Below the pieces are notes generated by a model. The model was not told the origin of the DNA, made no database searches, and saw only the letters and a program-made list of their open reading frames with translations. Shown here piece by piece: positions 21,701 through 31,959 of a stretch of DNA of 64,000 bases. The translations under genes were made by a program, and so were the position numbers. Source of the stretch: Myxococcota bacterium (GTDB taxonomy: Bacteria; Myxococcota_A; UBA9042; PHBI01; JAWLBL01); assembly GCA_041687695.1 (NCBI GenBank), contig JAWLBL010000007.1:225135-289134 (forward strand), in the 5' to 3' direction. Each line of letters begins with the position of its first letter. Within the stretch, counting starts at the first letter, position 1.

Positions 21701-21998
21701 GGGTGGTGGACCACCGGGTCGAGGCCCTGGGAGGGGGGCGACGGGTGGTGGACCACCGGGTCGAGGGCCTTGGGAGGGCGAAGGACGGGTGGTCGACCAT
21801 CGGGTCGAGGGCCTTGGGAGGGCGGAGGACGGGTGGAAGACCACCGGGTCGAGGGCCTTGGGAGGGCGGAGGACGGGTGGTGGACCACCGGGTCGAGGGC
21901 CTTGGGAGGGCGAAGGACGGGTGGTGGACCACCGGGTGGGGGCCTTCGGGACGTCTTGCCCGGTGGTCGACCACCTCGCGGGGCCCCCTGGAGGGGGG
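21701..21998. repeat. Tandem array of about 7 units of 42-44 bp with a palindromic core GGTGGTSGACCACC
   Basis: Units start at 21701, 21743, 21787, 21831, 21875, 21919, 21961; consensus GGGTGGTGGACCACCGGGTCGAGGGCCTTGGGAGGGCGRAGGAC. Confidence 0.92.
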
Positions 21999-22107
21999 CG
22001 GAGAGCCCTTGGAGGACGAGGGCGGGGCCCGCTGAACGGGGATTGTGAAGAAGTCTTAATGGAAGGCTTCATGACGGCGGGCCGGGGCGTGGGCAGGCTG
22101 CGGCGCC

Positions 22108-23403
22108 ATGAGCGCGTGGCGTGGGACATTGCTGCTGGGTCTTCTGTTGGCGCTGACGGCGGCCGCGGGCGACGCGGTCCGGGCCGCGCCGCCGGGGCCG
22201 GCCGCCGAGCCGTTGACCTGGGAGGCGCTCTTGCCGGTGGCCGGGGCGATCTTCGAGGCCGGGCCGGGCAGGGCGGGGGCCGTGGAGGCCGAGGGGCTGA
22301 GCCGGGCCGCGCGCGTGGTGCCTGGGCGGCTCCTGGCGCTGGACGCCTCGGGCGGCGCCGATGCGCGCCTGGGCGGTGGCAGCGGCCACGGCGTCGAGGC
22401 CTCGCTCGCCGCCGCGCTGGTTTTGCAGCTGGGGCGCGCGCCGGAGCTGGGGCGGCGGGCCTGGTCGGCGCGGGCCGAGGCGGCGACGGCGCGCCAGGAG
22501 CTGGCCCGCTGGGAGTTCGTGTCGCAGGTCGCGGACGCCTGGGTCGCCTGGTGGGCCGCCAAGGCGGTCTCCGAGCAGCTGCACGAGCACCGGCAGCAGC
22601 TCGACGGCTATCTGGCGCCGCTGCGGCAGGCCGCGCGCAGCCAGGCGGTGAGCCGCGTGCTGGTGAGCGATCTGGAGGCCGAGCTGGCGCGGGTCGACGC
22701 CCAGGCGGCGGTCGCGCGGCGCGAGGCGGCCAGCGAGGCCGCGGGGCTGCAGGCGCTGCTGGGCCGGCCGGTGACGCTGCCGGAGACCGCCCAGGCCGAG
22801 GTCGGCCGCGCGCTGGCCGAGGACGACCCCTGGCGGGCGGTGCTGGCCGGCCTCGAGGCGCACCCGGCGCTGCGCTCGCTCGACCGCGAGGCCGAGGCCG
22901 CCCGCGCCGAGGCGGACGCCCTGGGCGCGGCCACGGCGCCGACCTTGAGCGTGGGCGTGACCGGGCGCGAAGAGGGCGACGAGGGCACCTGGGGCGGCCT
23001 GATGGTCGGGCTGAGCGTGCCCCTGGCGGACCCCAACGCGCCCGAGGTCGCGCGCCTGCGCAGCGAGGCGATGGCGGCCGAGGCGGAGCGCCGCTGGCGG
23101 GGGCAGGCGCTGCGGGCCGAGGCCCGGGCGGCCTCGCAGCGCTTCGAGGCGCTGGCCGAGCAGCACCGTGAGCTGGGGCGCCTGCTGCTGGAGCCGCTGG
23201 AGCGGCGGGTGGCGCTGTTCGAGGAGGCGCTGGCCTCGGGGCAGGTCTCGCTCGACCAGGTGATCCGCGCCCGCCGTGACCTGCAGGACGCCCTGCAGGC
23301 GCGGGTGGCCACGCGGGCCGAGCTGATGCGGCACGCGGCGCGCGGGCGGGCGACGGCCGCCCTCATGGCGTCGACGGCGCCGACCGACGGGAGCGAACGA
23401 TGA
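22108..23403 (+). CDS. TolC/CzcC-family outer-membrane efflux protein
   Basis: Signal peptide, long Ala/Glu/Arg helices, HP.L and GLSVPL motifs, first gene of an RND operon. Confidence 0.75.
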   Translation: MSAWRGTLLLGLLLALTAAAGDAVRAAPPGPAAEPLTWEALLPVAGAIFEAGPGRAGAVEAEGLSRAARVVPGRLLALDASGGADARLGGGSGHGVEASLAAALVLQLGRAPELGRRAWSARAEAATARQELARWEFVSQVADAWVAWWAAKAVSEQLHEHRQQLDGYLAPLRQAARSQAVSRVLVSDLEAELARVDAQAAVARREAASEAAGLQALLGRPVTLPETAQAEVGRALAEDDPWRAVLAGLEAHPALRSLDREAEAARAEADALGAATAPTLSVGVTGREEGDEGTWGGLMVGLSVPLADPNAPEVARLRSEAMAAEAERRWRGQALRAEARAASQRFEALAEQHRELGRLLLEPLERRVALFEEALASGQVSLDQVIRARRDLQDALQARVATRAELMRHAARGRATAALMASTAPTDGSER

Positions 23404-24545
23404 CGAGATGGCGCGGAGCGCTGAGCGCGCTGACCCTGGGGCTGTGGGCGTGGGGCGCGGGGGCGGCTTGTGGGCCGGCCGAGGCCAGCGTCGGCCAGCC
23501 CGAGGCGACCCCGGCCTCGACCCTGGGGCAGCGCATCGTCACCTCCGAGGCCCAGCCGGCGCCCGAGACCACGCTGGTCACCCTGCCGGCCGAGGTGGTC
23601 GTGCCCTCGCACGCCGTCCAGGCGCTGGGGCCGCCGCTGCCCGGCCGCCTGACGCGCTGGCACGTGACGGTTGGCGCCCAGGTCCGCGCCGGCGCGCCGC
23701 TGGCCGAGCTGACCAGCCCCGAGCTGGCCGACCTCGAGGCCGCCGAGGCCGAGCTGGCGCGCGTCGTGCGCGACCGCCGGCGCATCCTGGGCAAGCAGCG
23801 CCAGCACGTCGCGACCGGGATGCAGCCCGTCCAGTCGAGCTACGAGGCCGAGCTGGCCCTCGGCGAGGCCGAAGCGCGCCTGGGCGCGGTGCGCAAGCAG
23901 CTCGAGGCGCGCCGGACGCTGTCGGCCCACGGACCGGGCATGACCTGGACCTGGACCGCCCCGGCGGCGGGCGTCGTCCGCGAGATCTCCTGCGCGCTCG
24001 GCGCCACGGTCGGCGCCGAGGTCGCCTGCGTCACCCTGCTCGACGCCTCGGCGGCCGAGCTGCGGGTGCGCGTCCCCGAGCGCCACACCGGCCGCCTCGG
24101 ACCCGAGACCCGCCTCACCTGGCAGCCGACCGCCGCCTGGCCCGACGCCCTCGCGCTCGACCTGCAGCTGAGCCGCCTGGACCCGGTGGTCGACCCGCGC
24201 AGCCGCACCCGCGCGGCCTTCTTCACCCCCGGCCCCGAGGCCGCCGACGCTGCGCGCTGGATGGTCGTCGGCGCCACCGGCCCCGCCGCGCTGCGTGCGC
24301 CGGCCGAGGCGGGGGCCGTCCTGGTGCCCGCGGCGGCGCTGACCCGCATCGACGGCCAGCCCGCCGTGCTCGTCGCCGCGCCGGGCGCCGCCCCCGACGC
24401 CGCCCGCCCGCTGACCGTCTCGGTGCTCGGCCGCAGCGACGCCGGCGTCGTGGTCCGCGGCGACCCGCTGGCCCCCGGGGCCTCGGTCGTCACCCGCGGC
24501 GTCTTCCTGCTCAAGAGCGTCCTGCTGCTCGAGGACGAGGACTGA
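23400..24545 (+). CDS. RND efflux periplasmic adaptor (CzcB-like)
   Basis: Biotinyl-like V..G..V..G.PL, coiled coil, VDP.SRT and VP..AL motifs; ATGA overlap. Confidence 0.85.
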   Translation: MTRWRGALSALTLGLWAWGAGAACGPAEASVGQPEATPASTLGQRIVTSEAQPAPETTLVTLPAEVVVPSHAVQALGPPLPGRLTRWHVTVGAQVRAGAPLAELTSPELADLEAAEAELARVVRDRRRILGKQRQHVATGMQPVQSSYEAELALGEAEARLGAVRKQLEARRTLSAHGPGMTWTWTAPAAGVVREISCALGATVGAEVACVTLLDASAAELRVRVPERHTGRLGPETRLTWQPTAAWPDALALDLQLSRLDPVVDPRSRTRAAFFTPGPEAADAARWMVVGATGPAALRAPAEAGAVLVPAAALTRIDGQPAVLVAAPGAAPDAARPLTVSVLGRSDAGVVVRGDPLAPGASVVTRGVFLLKSVLLLEDED

Positions 24546-24548
24546 CCG

Positions 24549-27500
24549 ATGGATCGCCTGCTCGAGGCCCTGGTCCGCGCGTCGGTCCGCAACCGCTTCT
24601 TCGTGCTGGCCGGCACCCTGGTCTTCGCGGCCTTCGGCGCCTGGTCCTTCCACACGATGACCTTCGACGCCTTCCCGGACCTCACCAACGTGCAGGTCCA
24701 GGTGGTCACCGCCTCGCCGGGGATGGCCTCGTCCGAGGTCGAGATGCTGGTCACCGTCCCCATCGAGCGCTCGCTGGGGGGCCTGCCGGGGGTGCAGCAG
24801 GTCCGCAGCCTGTCGCGCGCGGGCGTGTCGGCCATCACCGTGGTCTTCGAGGACGGCACCGACCCCTGGCTGGCCCGCCAGCTCACCAAGGAGCGGCTCG
24901 ATCTGGCGCGCGGCGACATCCCGCCCGAGGCCGGCACCCCCGAGCTGGGCCCGCCCTCGACGGGGCTGGGCGAGGTCTACCAGTTCACCCTCGCCAGCGA
25001 CCGGCACCCCATGCCCGAGCTGTACCGCATCTTCGAGCGCGACGTCGCCCCGCGCCTGCGCACGGTCGACGGGGTGGTCGAGGTCAACGCCTGGGGCGCG
25101 GGGGCGCCGCAGCTCCACGTGCGGGTCGACCCGTTCCGGCTCGCCGCGCTGGGCCTGCCCCTGCCCGAGGTCCACGAGGCGGTCCGGGCGGCGCTGGGCG
25201 TCCAGCCCGGCGGCGCCGTGGGGGCCGGCGCCGAGCAGATCCTGGTCCGCGGCGTCGCCAACCCGCTGGACCCCGAGCGCCTGGGCGAGGTCCCCATCCC
25301 GCTGCCGGGCGACGGGGCGGGCTCCGTCCCCCTGCGCGACGTCGCCGACATCGAGCTGGCCGGCGCCCTCACCGTCGGCCTCGGCTCGGCCCAGGGCGAG
25401 GGCGAGCGCCTGTTCGCCATGGTGCAGCTCCTCGCCGGCGCCGACGCCCGCCGCGTGGTCGCCGAGGTCCGCGAGCGCGTCGCGGCCGTCGAGGCCAGCC
25501 TCCCCGACGGCGTCCACCTCGACACGGCCTACGACCGCGACAAGCTGGTCTCCAGCACCCTGGGCACCATCGCCAAGTCGCTCGCCGAAGGCGGCGCCCT
25601 GGTCATCCTGGTGCTGCTCGTGCTGCTCGGCGATCTGCGGGCGGGCCTGCTGGTCGCCTCGGTCATCCCGCTCGCCATGCTCGGCGCCTTCGCCGGCATG
25701 CGCTACCTGGGTTTCTCCGGCAACCTGATGTCGCTCGGCGCCATCGACTTCGGCCTCATCGTCGACGGCACCATCGTCGTCACCGAGAGCATCGTCGCCC
25801 TGCACCTGACCGAGCTGGGCGCCCGCGGCCACCTGGGCCCCGCCATCGTCGCCCGGGCGCGGCGCGTCGCGCGCCCCGTGGTCTTCGCCGTCGGCGTGCT
25901 GCTCCTCGTCTACACGCCCATCCTCCTGCTCGGCGGCACCGAGGGGAAGCTCTTCCGCCCCATGGCGGTCACGGTGCTGCTCGCCCTCGCCACCGCGCTC
26001 GTCCTCACCTTCACCTACGTGCCCGCCCTCGCGACGCTCCTGCTGCGCCCCCACGGCGAGCGCCAGACCTGGGTCGAGCGGCAGCTCGCGCGCCTGTACG
26101 CCCCGGTGGTCACGCGGGCGGTCCGCCGCCCCGCCGGCCCGGTCGTGCTCGCCCTCGCCGTGGTGGCCGTCAGCGGCGTCGCCGGCACCCGCCTGGGCCT
26201 CGAGTTCGTCCCGCGCCTCGAGGAGGGCGATCTCGTCCTGCAGACCGCGCGCCTGCCCTCGCTCACGCCCGAGCAGGCCCTGCGCGAGAACACCCGCATC
26301 GAGCGCGTCCTGCGCGGCTTCCCCGAGGTCCTGCACGTCGCCACCCGCACCGGCTCGCCCGCCGTCGCCACCGACCCCATGGGCCTCGAGGAGTCGGATA
26401 TGCTCATCACCCTGGCGCCGCGCGACCGCTTCACCACCGCCCAGACCACCGAGGACCTGGTCGAGGCCATGGCCCGCCGCGTCGAGGCCGAGGCGCCGGG
26501 CGCCCTGCTCACCTTCACCCAGCCCATCGAGATGCGCTTCAACGAGATGCTCGAGGGCATCACCAGCGACGTCGGCGTCATCGTCTACGGCCAGGATCTG
26601 GAGGTCCTGATGGCGGTGGCGCGCGAGGTCGCCGCCGCCCTCGCCGCCATCCCAGGGGCCGCCGACGTGAAGCTGCCCTCCTTGGAGGGGGTGCCGGGCC
26701 TGGACGTCGAGGTGCGCCAGGCGGACGCCGCCCGGGTCGGCCTGTCCGCCGAGGCCGTGCTCGACCTGGTCGCGGACTTGAAGCGCGGCACCGAGGTCGG
26801 GCTCGTCACCCGGGGCCAGTTCCGCGACGCGGTGGTGGTCACCCTGGATCTGCCGCCCGAGCTGCCCATCGCGCAGATCCCCGTGGTGCTGCCCGAGGGC
26901 GGCGCCGTCCCGCTCGAAGAGGTGGCCGACGTCCGCGAGGTCTCCGCCCCCGCCAACATCCAGCGTGAGGCGGGCAGCCGCCGCGTCATCGTGCAGGCCA
27001 ACGTGCGCGGCCGCGATCTGGGCAGCTTCGTCCAGCAGGCGCAGGCCCGCGTCGGCGCCCTGACGCTGCCCGAGGGGACCTGGATCGACTGGAGCGGCCA
27101 GTACGAGCAGCTACGCGACGCCGCCGTGCGCACCGGGATCCTCATCCCCGCCGTGCTGTTCCTCATCCTGGGCGTGCTCTACGTCACCTTCCACAGCTGG
27201 CGCGCGGCCCTGCTCATCTTCCTCAACGTCCCGGTGGCCATCTCGGGGGGCGTCCTGGCCCTGTGGGCGCGCGATCTGCCGCTGTCCATGAGCGCCGTGG
27301 TCGGCTTCATCGCCCTGTTCGGCATCGCGGTGATGAACGGCATCGTCCTGCTCAGCCGCACCCGCGAGCTCCACACGGGCGAAGGCGCCGAGGGGCGCGA
27401 CGGCGCGCGCGCGGCCTTGGCGAGCGCCCTCGAGCGCTTCCGCCCGGTGGTCATGACCGCCGCGGTCGCCGGCATCGGCTTCGTGCCGATGGCCGTCGCC

Positions 27501-27668
27501 ACGGGGATGGGCGCCGAGGTGCAGAGGCCCCTGGCGACCGTGGTCATCGGCGGCCTCGTCACCTGCACCGGGCTGACCCTGGTGGTGCTGCCCGCGGTCT
27601 ACGCGCGGGTGTTCGCCCGAGACGACCGCGTCGAGGCGGGGCGGGCGGCGGCGGCGGCGGTGGGGTGA
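24549..27668 (+). CDS. czcA: Heavy-metal efflux RND transporter, CzcA/CusA family
   Basis: DAFPDLTNVQVQV, NLMSLGAIDFGLIVDG, EGKLFRPMA, RFRPVVMTA, GAEVQRPLATVVIGG. Confidence 0.93.
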   Translation: MDRLLEALVRASVRNRFFVLAGTLVFAAFGAWSFHTMTFDAFPDLTNVQVQVVTASPGMASSEVEMLVTVPIERSLGGLPGVQQVRSLSRAGVSAITVVFEDGTDPWLARQLTKERLDLARGDIPPEAGTPELGPPSTGLGEVYQFTLASDRHPMPELYRIFERDVAPRLRTVDGVVEVNAWGAGAPQLHVRVDPFRLAALGLPLPEVHEAVRAALGVQPGGAVGAGAEQILVRGVANPLDPERLGEVPIPLPGDGAGSVPLRDVADIELAGALTVGLGSAQGEGERLFAMVQLLAGADARRVVAEVRERVAAVEASLPDGVHLDTAYDRDKLVSSTLGTIAKSLAEGGALVILVLLVLLGDLRAGLLVASVIPLAMLGAFAGMRYLGFSGNLMSLGAIDFGLIVDGTIVVTESIVALHLTELGARGHLGPAIVARARRVARPVVFAVGVLLLVYTPILLLGGTEGKLFRPMAVTVLLALATALVLTFTYVPALATLLLRPHGERQTWVERQLARLYAPVVTRAVRRPAGPVVLALAVVAVSGVAGTRLGLEFVPRLEEGDLVLQTARLPSLTPEQALRENTRIERVLRGFPEVLHVATRTGSPAVATDPMGLEESDMLITLAPRDRFTTAQTTEDLVEAMARRVEAEAPGALLTFTQPIEMRFNEMLEGITSDVGVIVYGQDLEVLMAVAREVAAALAAIPGAADVKLPSLEGVPGLDVEVRQADAARVGLSAEAVLDLVADLKRGTEVGLVTRGQFRDAVVVTLDLPPELPIAQIPVVLPEGGAVPLEEVADVREVSAPANIQREAGSRRVIVQANVRGRDLGSFVQQAQARVGALTLPEGTWIDWSGQYEQLRDAAVRTGILIPAVLFLILGVLYVTFHSWRAALLIFLNVPVAISGGVLALWARDLPLSMSAVVGFIALFGIAVMNGIVLLSRTRELHTGEGAEGRDGARAALASALERFRPVVMTAAVAGIGFVPMAVATGMGAEVQRPLATVVIGGLVTCTGLTLVVLPAVYARVFARDDRVEAGRAAAAAVG

Positions 27669-27781
27669 TGGAGGCGGACGGGGCTGCGCCCGAGTCGTGC
27701 ACGCCGGCCCGCGATGGGGCATCTTGCGCGGCGGCGGCGCCCCCCTCCCCGAACGACGAGCGCCGCCCGGAGGACGCTCCC

Positions 27782-28483
27782 GTGCTGGCCCTCATCGTCG
27801 AAGACGACCCCCGCGTCGCCCGGTTCCTGGTGCGCGGCCTGCAAGAGGAGGGGTTCGTGGTCGACGTGTGCGAGCGGGGCGACGAGGCGGCGGCCCAGGG
27901 CCTGAGGCAGCCTTACGACGTCGTGCTGCTCGACTGGAACCTGCCCGGGCTCGACGGCCTGTCGGTCCTGCGGGGCTGGCGCGAGCGTGGCCTCGAGGCG
28001 CCGATCATCGTCCTGACCGCGCGATCGGGGGTCGATCCCACCGTGCTGGCCCTCGGCGCCGGCGCCGACGACTACATGACCAAGCCGTTCAGCTTCGAGG
28101 AGCTGCTGGCCCGGGTGCGCGTCCAGCTCCGGCGCCGCGCCCTGCCGGCGACGGCGGACGCCCAGATCGCCATCGGGCGGGCCCGCCTGGACGCGCGTCG
28201 GCGCACCGTAGAGCGGGGCGGGGCGGTCGAGGCGCTCACCAACCGCGAGTTCCAGCTGCTCGACCTCTTCCTGCGCCACCGCGGCGAGGTGCTCAGCCGG
28301 ACCCGCATCCTGGACCGGGTGTGGGGCGTCGACGCCGACCCGAGCACCAACGTCGTCGACGTGCACGTCTGTCACCTGCGCGCCAAGCTCGACGACCCCG
28401 CCGAGGCCGGCGCTCCCACGGCCATCGAGACCGTGCGCGGGCGCGGCTACCGCCTCCGCACCGAGGAGGAGCTGGCGCCTTGA
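27782..28483 (+). CDS. OmpR-family response regulator
   Basis: IVEDD, LLDWNLP, GADDYMTKPF, winged-helix NVVDVHV..LR.KL and TVRGRGY; GTG 27782 has a GGAGG RBS (alternative start ATG 27668). Confidence 0.92.
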   Translation: MLALIVEDDPRVARFLVRGLQEEGFVVDVCERGDEAAAQGLRQPYDVVLLDWNLPGLDGLSVLRGWRERGLEAPIIVLTARSGVDPTVLALGAGADDYMTKPFSFEELLARVRVQLRRRALPATADAQIAIGRARLDARRRTVERGGAVEALTNREFQLLDLFLRHRGEVLSRTRILDRVWGVDADPSTNVVDVHVCHLRAKLDDPAEAGAPTAIETVRGRGYRLRTEEELAP

Positions 28484-29934
28484 GCCCGCCTCGACCGCCG
28501 CGTCGCCCGCTCGGTCGCCTCGTAGTCTGGGGCTCGGCCGGCATCGCGGCCACCACGGCCTTGGTGGTCGCTGGCGTGATGCTGGCGCTGCTCCATGCCC
28601 AGGTGCACCACCAGACCGACGAGCTGCTGGTCCAGATGACCACCGCCGAGGCGAGGCGCATTCTGGACGGGCCGCCCGACGAGCCGATCAGCGCCGACGA
28701 GGCGGCGATCCCCCTGCCGGGCCTCGAAGGTCCGCCGGTCGCGCGCTCCGAGGCGGTCTTCGACGCCGACTGCCGCCCGCTCGCGACCAGCCCCGACCTG
28801 TCGGGCCGCCCCCTGTCCAGCGCCCTGTGCCGCGCCCCGCTCGCCGTGGCCGGCCCCCGCGTCCTCGACCTCGACGACGGCCCGGAGGTCAGCCTCCGCG
28901 GCGCCGTCCTGGCGGTCGCGGCCCCGCAGCGCGCGCCGGACGGCGCCCTGGGGGTCTTCGTCGGCGTCGACCACGCGCGCATCGACGAGTCCACCTGGCT
29001 CTCCTTCCGCTTCGGCCTCGTGGTCTCGGTGCTGCTCGTGCTGGGCGTCGGCTTCGGGGCCGCGGCGGTCGCGCGTCGCCTGACCCGCGATCTCACCCAC
29101 CTGGGCGGCGCCGCCACCGAGCTCATCGCCCGCGGCGGTGACGTGGCCGGCCTGCGCGCCGCGGCCGAGCGCTTCACGGTCTCCGGCGCCGCGCCCGCCG
29201 AGGTGGCCGCCCTCGCGACCACGCTCAACGCGCTGGTGACGCGCCTGGCCCGAGCGCTGGACGCCCAGGCCCGCTTCGTCGCCGAGGCGGCCCACGAGCT
29301 GCGCACGCCGCTGACCGCCCTGCGCGGCGAGCTCGAGGTCGCCCTACGCCGCGACCGTTCCAAGGACGAGTACCGGGCCGCCCTGGAGGACGCGGCCACC
29401 GACGCGCGGCGCCTGTCGGATCTCGCCGAGCACCTGCTCGAGGCCGCGTCGGCCCGCTCGGACGCGCTGCCGGTCGCCGAGGCGCCCCTGCGCCCGCTGG
29501 TCGAGGCCAGCCTGGCGCGGCTGGCGCGCACCCTGAGCGACGCGGGCGTGGACGCGACCCTGGTCGACGAGGCGCCCGACCTCGCGGCCGAGCTCCACGC
29601 CCTGTCGACCTCGCGCATCCTGGAGAACCTGCTGCAGAACGCGGCCCTGCACGCCGCGCCGGCCCGGCTGGCCGTCCGGATCGCCCCGGGGCCGCCCGGC
29701 TGGGTCGACGTCGTGCTGACCGACGACGGGCCGGGGGTCGCGCCCGACGTCGCCGAGCACCTCTTCACCCCCTTCGTGCGTGCGGGTCACGGGCGGGGGC
29801 ACGGCCTGGGCCTGACCATCGCCCGGGATCTGGCCCGGCGGCAGGGCGGCGAGCTGACGCACGAGGTCCCCGAAGGCGGCCGCGGCACGCGCTGGCGGCT
29901 GCGGCTCCGGGCGCCAAACGGGGCCCAGGCCTGA
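28480..29934 (+). CDS. Sensor histidine kinase
   Basis: Two TM segments, H-box AAHELRTPL, N-box NLLQNA, DDGPG and GHGLGL; TTG start overlapping the regulator stop is inferred. Confidence 0.9.
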   Translation: MSPPRPPRRPLGRLVVWGSAGIAATTALVVAGVMLALLHAQVHHQTDELLVQMTTAEARRILDGPPDEPISADEAAIPLPGLEGPPVARSEAVFDADCRPLATSPDLSGRPLSSALCRAPLAVAGPRVLDLDDGPEVSLRGAVLAVAAPQRAPDGALGVFVGVDHARIDESTWLSFRFGLVVSVLLVLGVGFGAAAVARRLTRDLTHLGGAATELIARGGDVAGLRAAAERFTVSGAAPAEVAALATTLNALVTRLARALDAQARFVAEAAHELRTPLTALRGELEVALRRDRSKDEYRAALEDAATDARRLSDLAEHLLEAASARSDALPVAEAPLRPLVEASLARLARTLSDAGVDATLVDEAPDLAAELHALSTSRILENLLQNAALHAAPARLAVRIAPGPPGWVDVVLTDDGPGVAPDVAEHLFTPFVRAGHGRGHGLGLTIARDLARRQGGELTHEVPEGGRGTRWRLRLRAPNGAQA

Positions 29935-29982
29935 GAGAGGCCGCCGACGCCGCGTGCGCCGGCGGCCCCTTTGCGCCGAGCG

Positions 29983-30693
29983 TCAGACGACCCACTCGCC
30001 GCCCGCGCCGGGAGGACGGCGGGGGCTGGGCTCGGGCGCCTGGCCGTCGCCGCGGGTGGCCTCGAGCAGGGCGATGACCTCTTCGTCCTCGGTCTGGGGG
30101 AAGCGGTCGTACCACTGGCTGATGGCCATGAAGGCGCTGGGCTCGGCGACCGCGACCAGCTCGTCGACCTCGCCGCGCAGGATCTCGAGGGTGCTCGCCG
30201 GGCCGACCGGGACCGCCAGCACCAGATGGTCGGGGCCCTGGGCCCGCAGGCTGCGGATGGCGGCGCGCACGGTGCCGCCGGTCGCGACGCCGTCGTCCAC
30301 CAGGATGACCACTCGTCCGACCACGTCGGGGCGCGGACGGTCGCCGCGGTAGCGCTCCACCCGGCGGGCCAGCTCGCGCTCTTCGCGCGCGGTCACCTGC
30401 TCCAGGTAGGCGTCGTCGCCGCCCGCGTAGCGCAGCGACACCGGGTCGACGTAGCGGCCGCCGCCCTCGGCGATGGCGCCGATGCCGAACTCGGGCTGAT
30501 AGGGCGCGCCCAGCTTTCGCGCCACGATGACGTCCAGCGGCGCCCCCAGGGCGCGCGCCACCTCGTAGCCGACCGGCACGCCGCCACGCGGCAGGGCCAG
30601 GACCACGACGTCCCGTCCGCGGTAGCCTTGCAGCCGCTCGGCGAGCAGGCGTCCGGCCTCGCGTCGATCCGCAAAACCCGTAAAGCGCGTCAT
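29983..30693 (-). CDS. Phosphoribosyltransferase family protein
   Basis: FADRREAG, LALPRGGVPVG, PRPP loop VILVDDGVATGGT. Confidence 0.9.
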   Translation of the reverse strand: MTRFTGFADRREAGRLLAERLQGYRGRDVVVLALPRGGVPVGYEVARALGAPLDVIVARKLGAPYQPEFGIGAIAEGGGRYVDPVSLRYAGGDDAYLEQVTAREERELARRVERYRGDRPRPDVVGRVVILVDDGVATGGTVRAAIRSLRAQGPDHLVLAVPVGPASTLEILRGEVDELVAVAEPSAFMAISQWYDRFPQTEDEEVIALLEATRGDGQAPEPSPRRPPGAGGEWVV

Positions 30694-30782
30694 GCCGCAC
30701 CTCCCCAGGCCTCCCCTCGGGGCCTCACTCGCCAAGGGTAAGGGCGAGCGACGCGCGGACACCGGGGGCCGGCGCCTGCCGG

Positions 30783-31904
30783 TCAGTCCCAGGCCGCCTC
30801 GAGGCGGCCGTCGTCGCGCAGGGCGACGCTGACGCCGAAGGGGCGGCTGTGGGTGCTGAGCGTCTCGGCCAGCCAGGCCGCGTCACGGGGCTCGGCGCGT
30901 TCGAGCCGCAGGCGCCGCAGGCGGGTGGGCGTCAGGCGAAGGCGGGTGAGCCGGCCCGTCCGGGCCTCGAGGGTGGGGAAGACCATCAGCCCCAGCTCGC
31001 CGCGGTAGCGCTCGTGGCCGCCGATGCCCTCGTAGTCGGTCAGCAGATCGCCGGTGCCGTAGAGGATGAGCCGGTCCCGGTAGACCTCGAGCCCCTTGGG
31101 GTGATGGGACGAGTGGCCGTGCACGAGGTCGACCCCGGCCTCGTCGACCAGGCGCCGGGCGAAGGCCTGCTGCTCGGCCGGGACCTCGTAACCCCAGTTG
31201 CCGCCCCAGTGGATCGAGGCCACGACCAGGTCGCCGGGTCGGCGGTGGCGGGCGACCAGATCGCCGAAGGCGCGGGCGGCGTCGTCCTTCAGCTCGGGCA
31301 GGTAGGCGACCCCCGAGCGCCGCTGGCCCGCCGCCCAGCCGCTGGGGATGCCGCTGCTGGGGTGGCCCAGCCCGAAGACCAGCACCCGTCCGCGGACGCC
31401 CAGGTCCACCACGGCCGGGCGCTGGGCCTCGGCCAGGTCGCGTCCTGCGCCGCAGTGGCCGATGCCCAGCGCCTCGAGGGTGGCGAGCGTCTCCTCGAGC
31501 CCCGCGCGCCCCCAGTCGACCACGTGGTTGTTGGCCAGCACGCACACATCCAGCCCCGCGGCCCGCAGCGTCTCGGCGTTGTCGGGGCTCATGCGGTAGT
31601 GGATGCCCTTGTCGGGCCAGGGCTCGTCGGCGCGGGTGAGGCTGGTCTCCAGGTTCACGATGCGCGCGTCGGGCGCGAGGGCGGCCAGCTCGGCCAGGGC
31701 CTCGCCCCAGGGGGTCTCGACCCCGAGCGGTCGCTCGATGGGGCCGTTGGCGATCTCGGCGAGCGCGACATAGTCCCGCGCGTCGCGGATCCAGGGCTCG
31801 TGCAGCGTCGGCTCGCAGGGCCAGGGCAGCGCCTGGTCGATGCCGCGGCCGGTCATCACGTCGCCGCTCAGGAACAAGGTCACGGTGGCGGTCTCGGTGC
31901 CCAT
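30783..31904 (-). CDS. CapA/PgsA-family metallophosphatase-fold protein
   Basis: GDVMTGRG, VNLET, LANNHVVDWG, SIHWG, VHGHSSHH motifs; ATG at 31904. Confidence 0.9.
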   Translation of the reverse strand: MGTETATVTLFLSGDVMTGRGIDQALPWPCEPTLHEPWIRDARDYVALAEIANGPIERPLGVETPWGEALAELAALAPDARIVNLETSLTRADEPWPDKGIHYRMSPDNAETLRAAGLDVCVLANNHVVDWGRAGLEETLATLEALGIGHCGAGRDLAEAQRPAVVDLGVRGRVLVFGLGHPSSGIPSGWAAGQRRSGVAYLPELKDDAARAFGDLVARHRRPGDLVVASIHWGGNWGYEVPAEQQAFARRLVDEAGVDLVHGHSSHHPKGLEVYRDRLILYGTGDLLTDYEGIGGHERYRGELGLMVFPTLEARTGRLTRLRLTPTRLRRLRLERAEPRDAAWLAETLSTHSRPFGVSVALRDDGRLEAAWD

Positions 31905-31959
31905 GAGGCCTGTCCCGAAGCACCGGCGCCGGGGAGTCCACGCGGGGTCGGGCCGACGC

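Noticed and set aside
21701..21998. CRISPR array
   Set aside because: The inter-palindrome sequences are near-identical rather than unique spacers, and there are no cas genes in the window
22608..26968. Very long alternative-frame and antisense ORFs (e.g. 1242 aa, 1186 aa; also 30849-33647, 33634-36966, 58084-60972)
   Set aside because: Arg/Pro/Gly/Ala-rich shadow frames expected in very GC-rich DNA, overlapping well-supported genes
30783..31904. Poly-gamma-glutamate capsule locus
   Set aside because: Only a stand-alone CapA-family gene; no capB/capC neighbours
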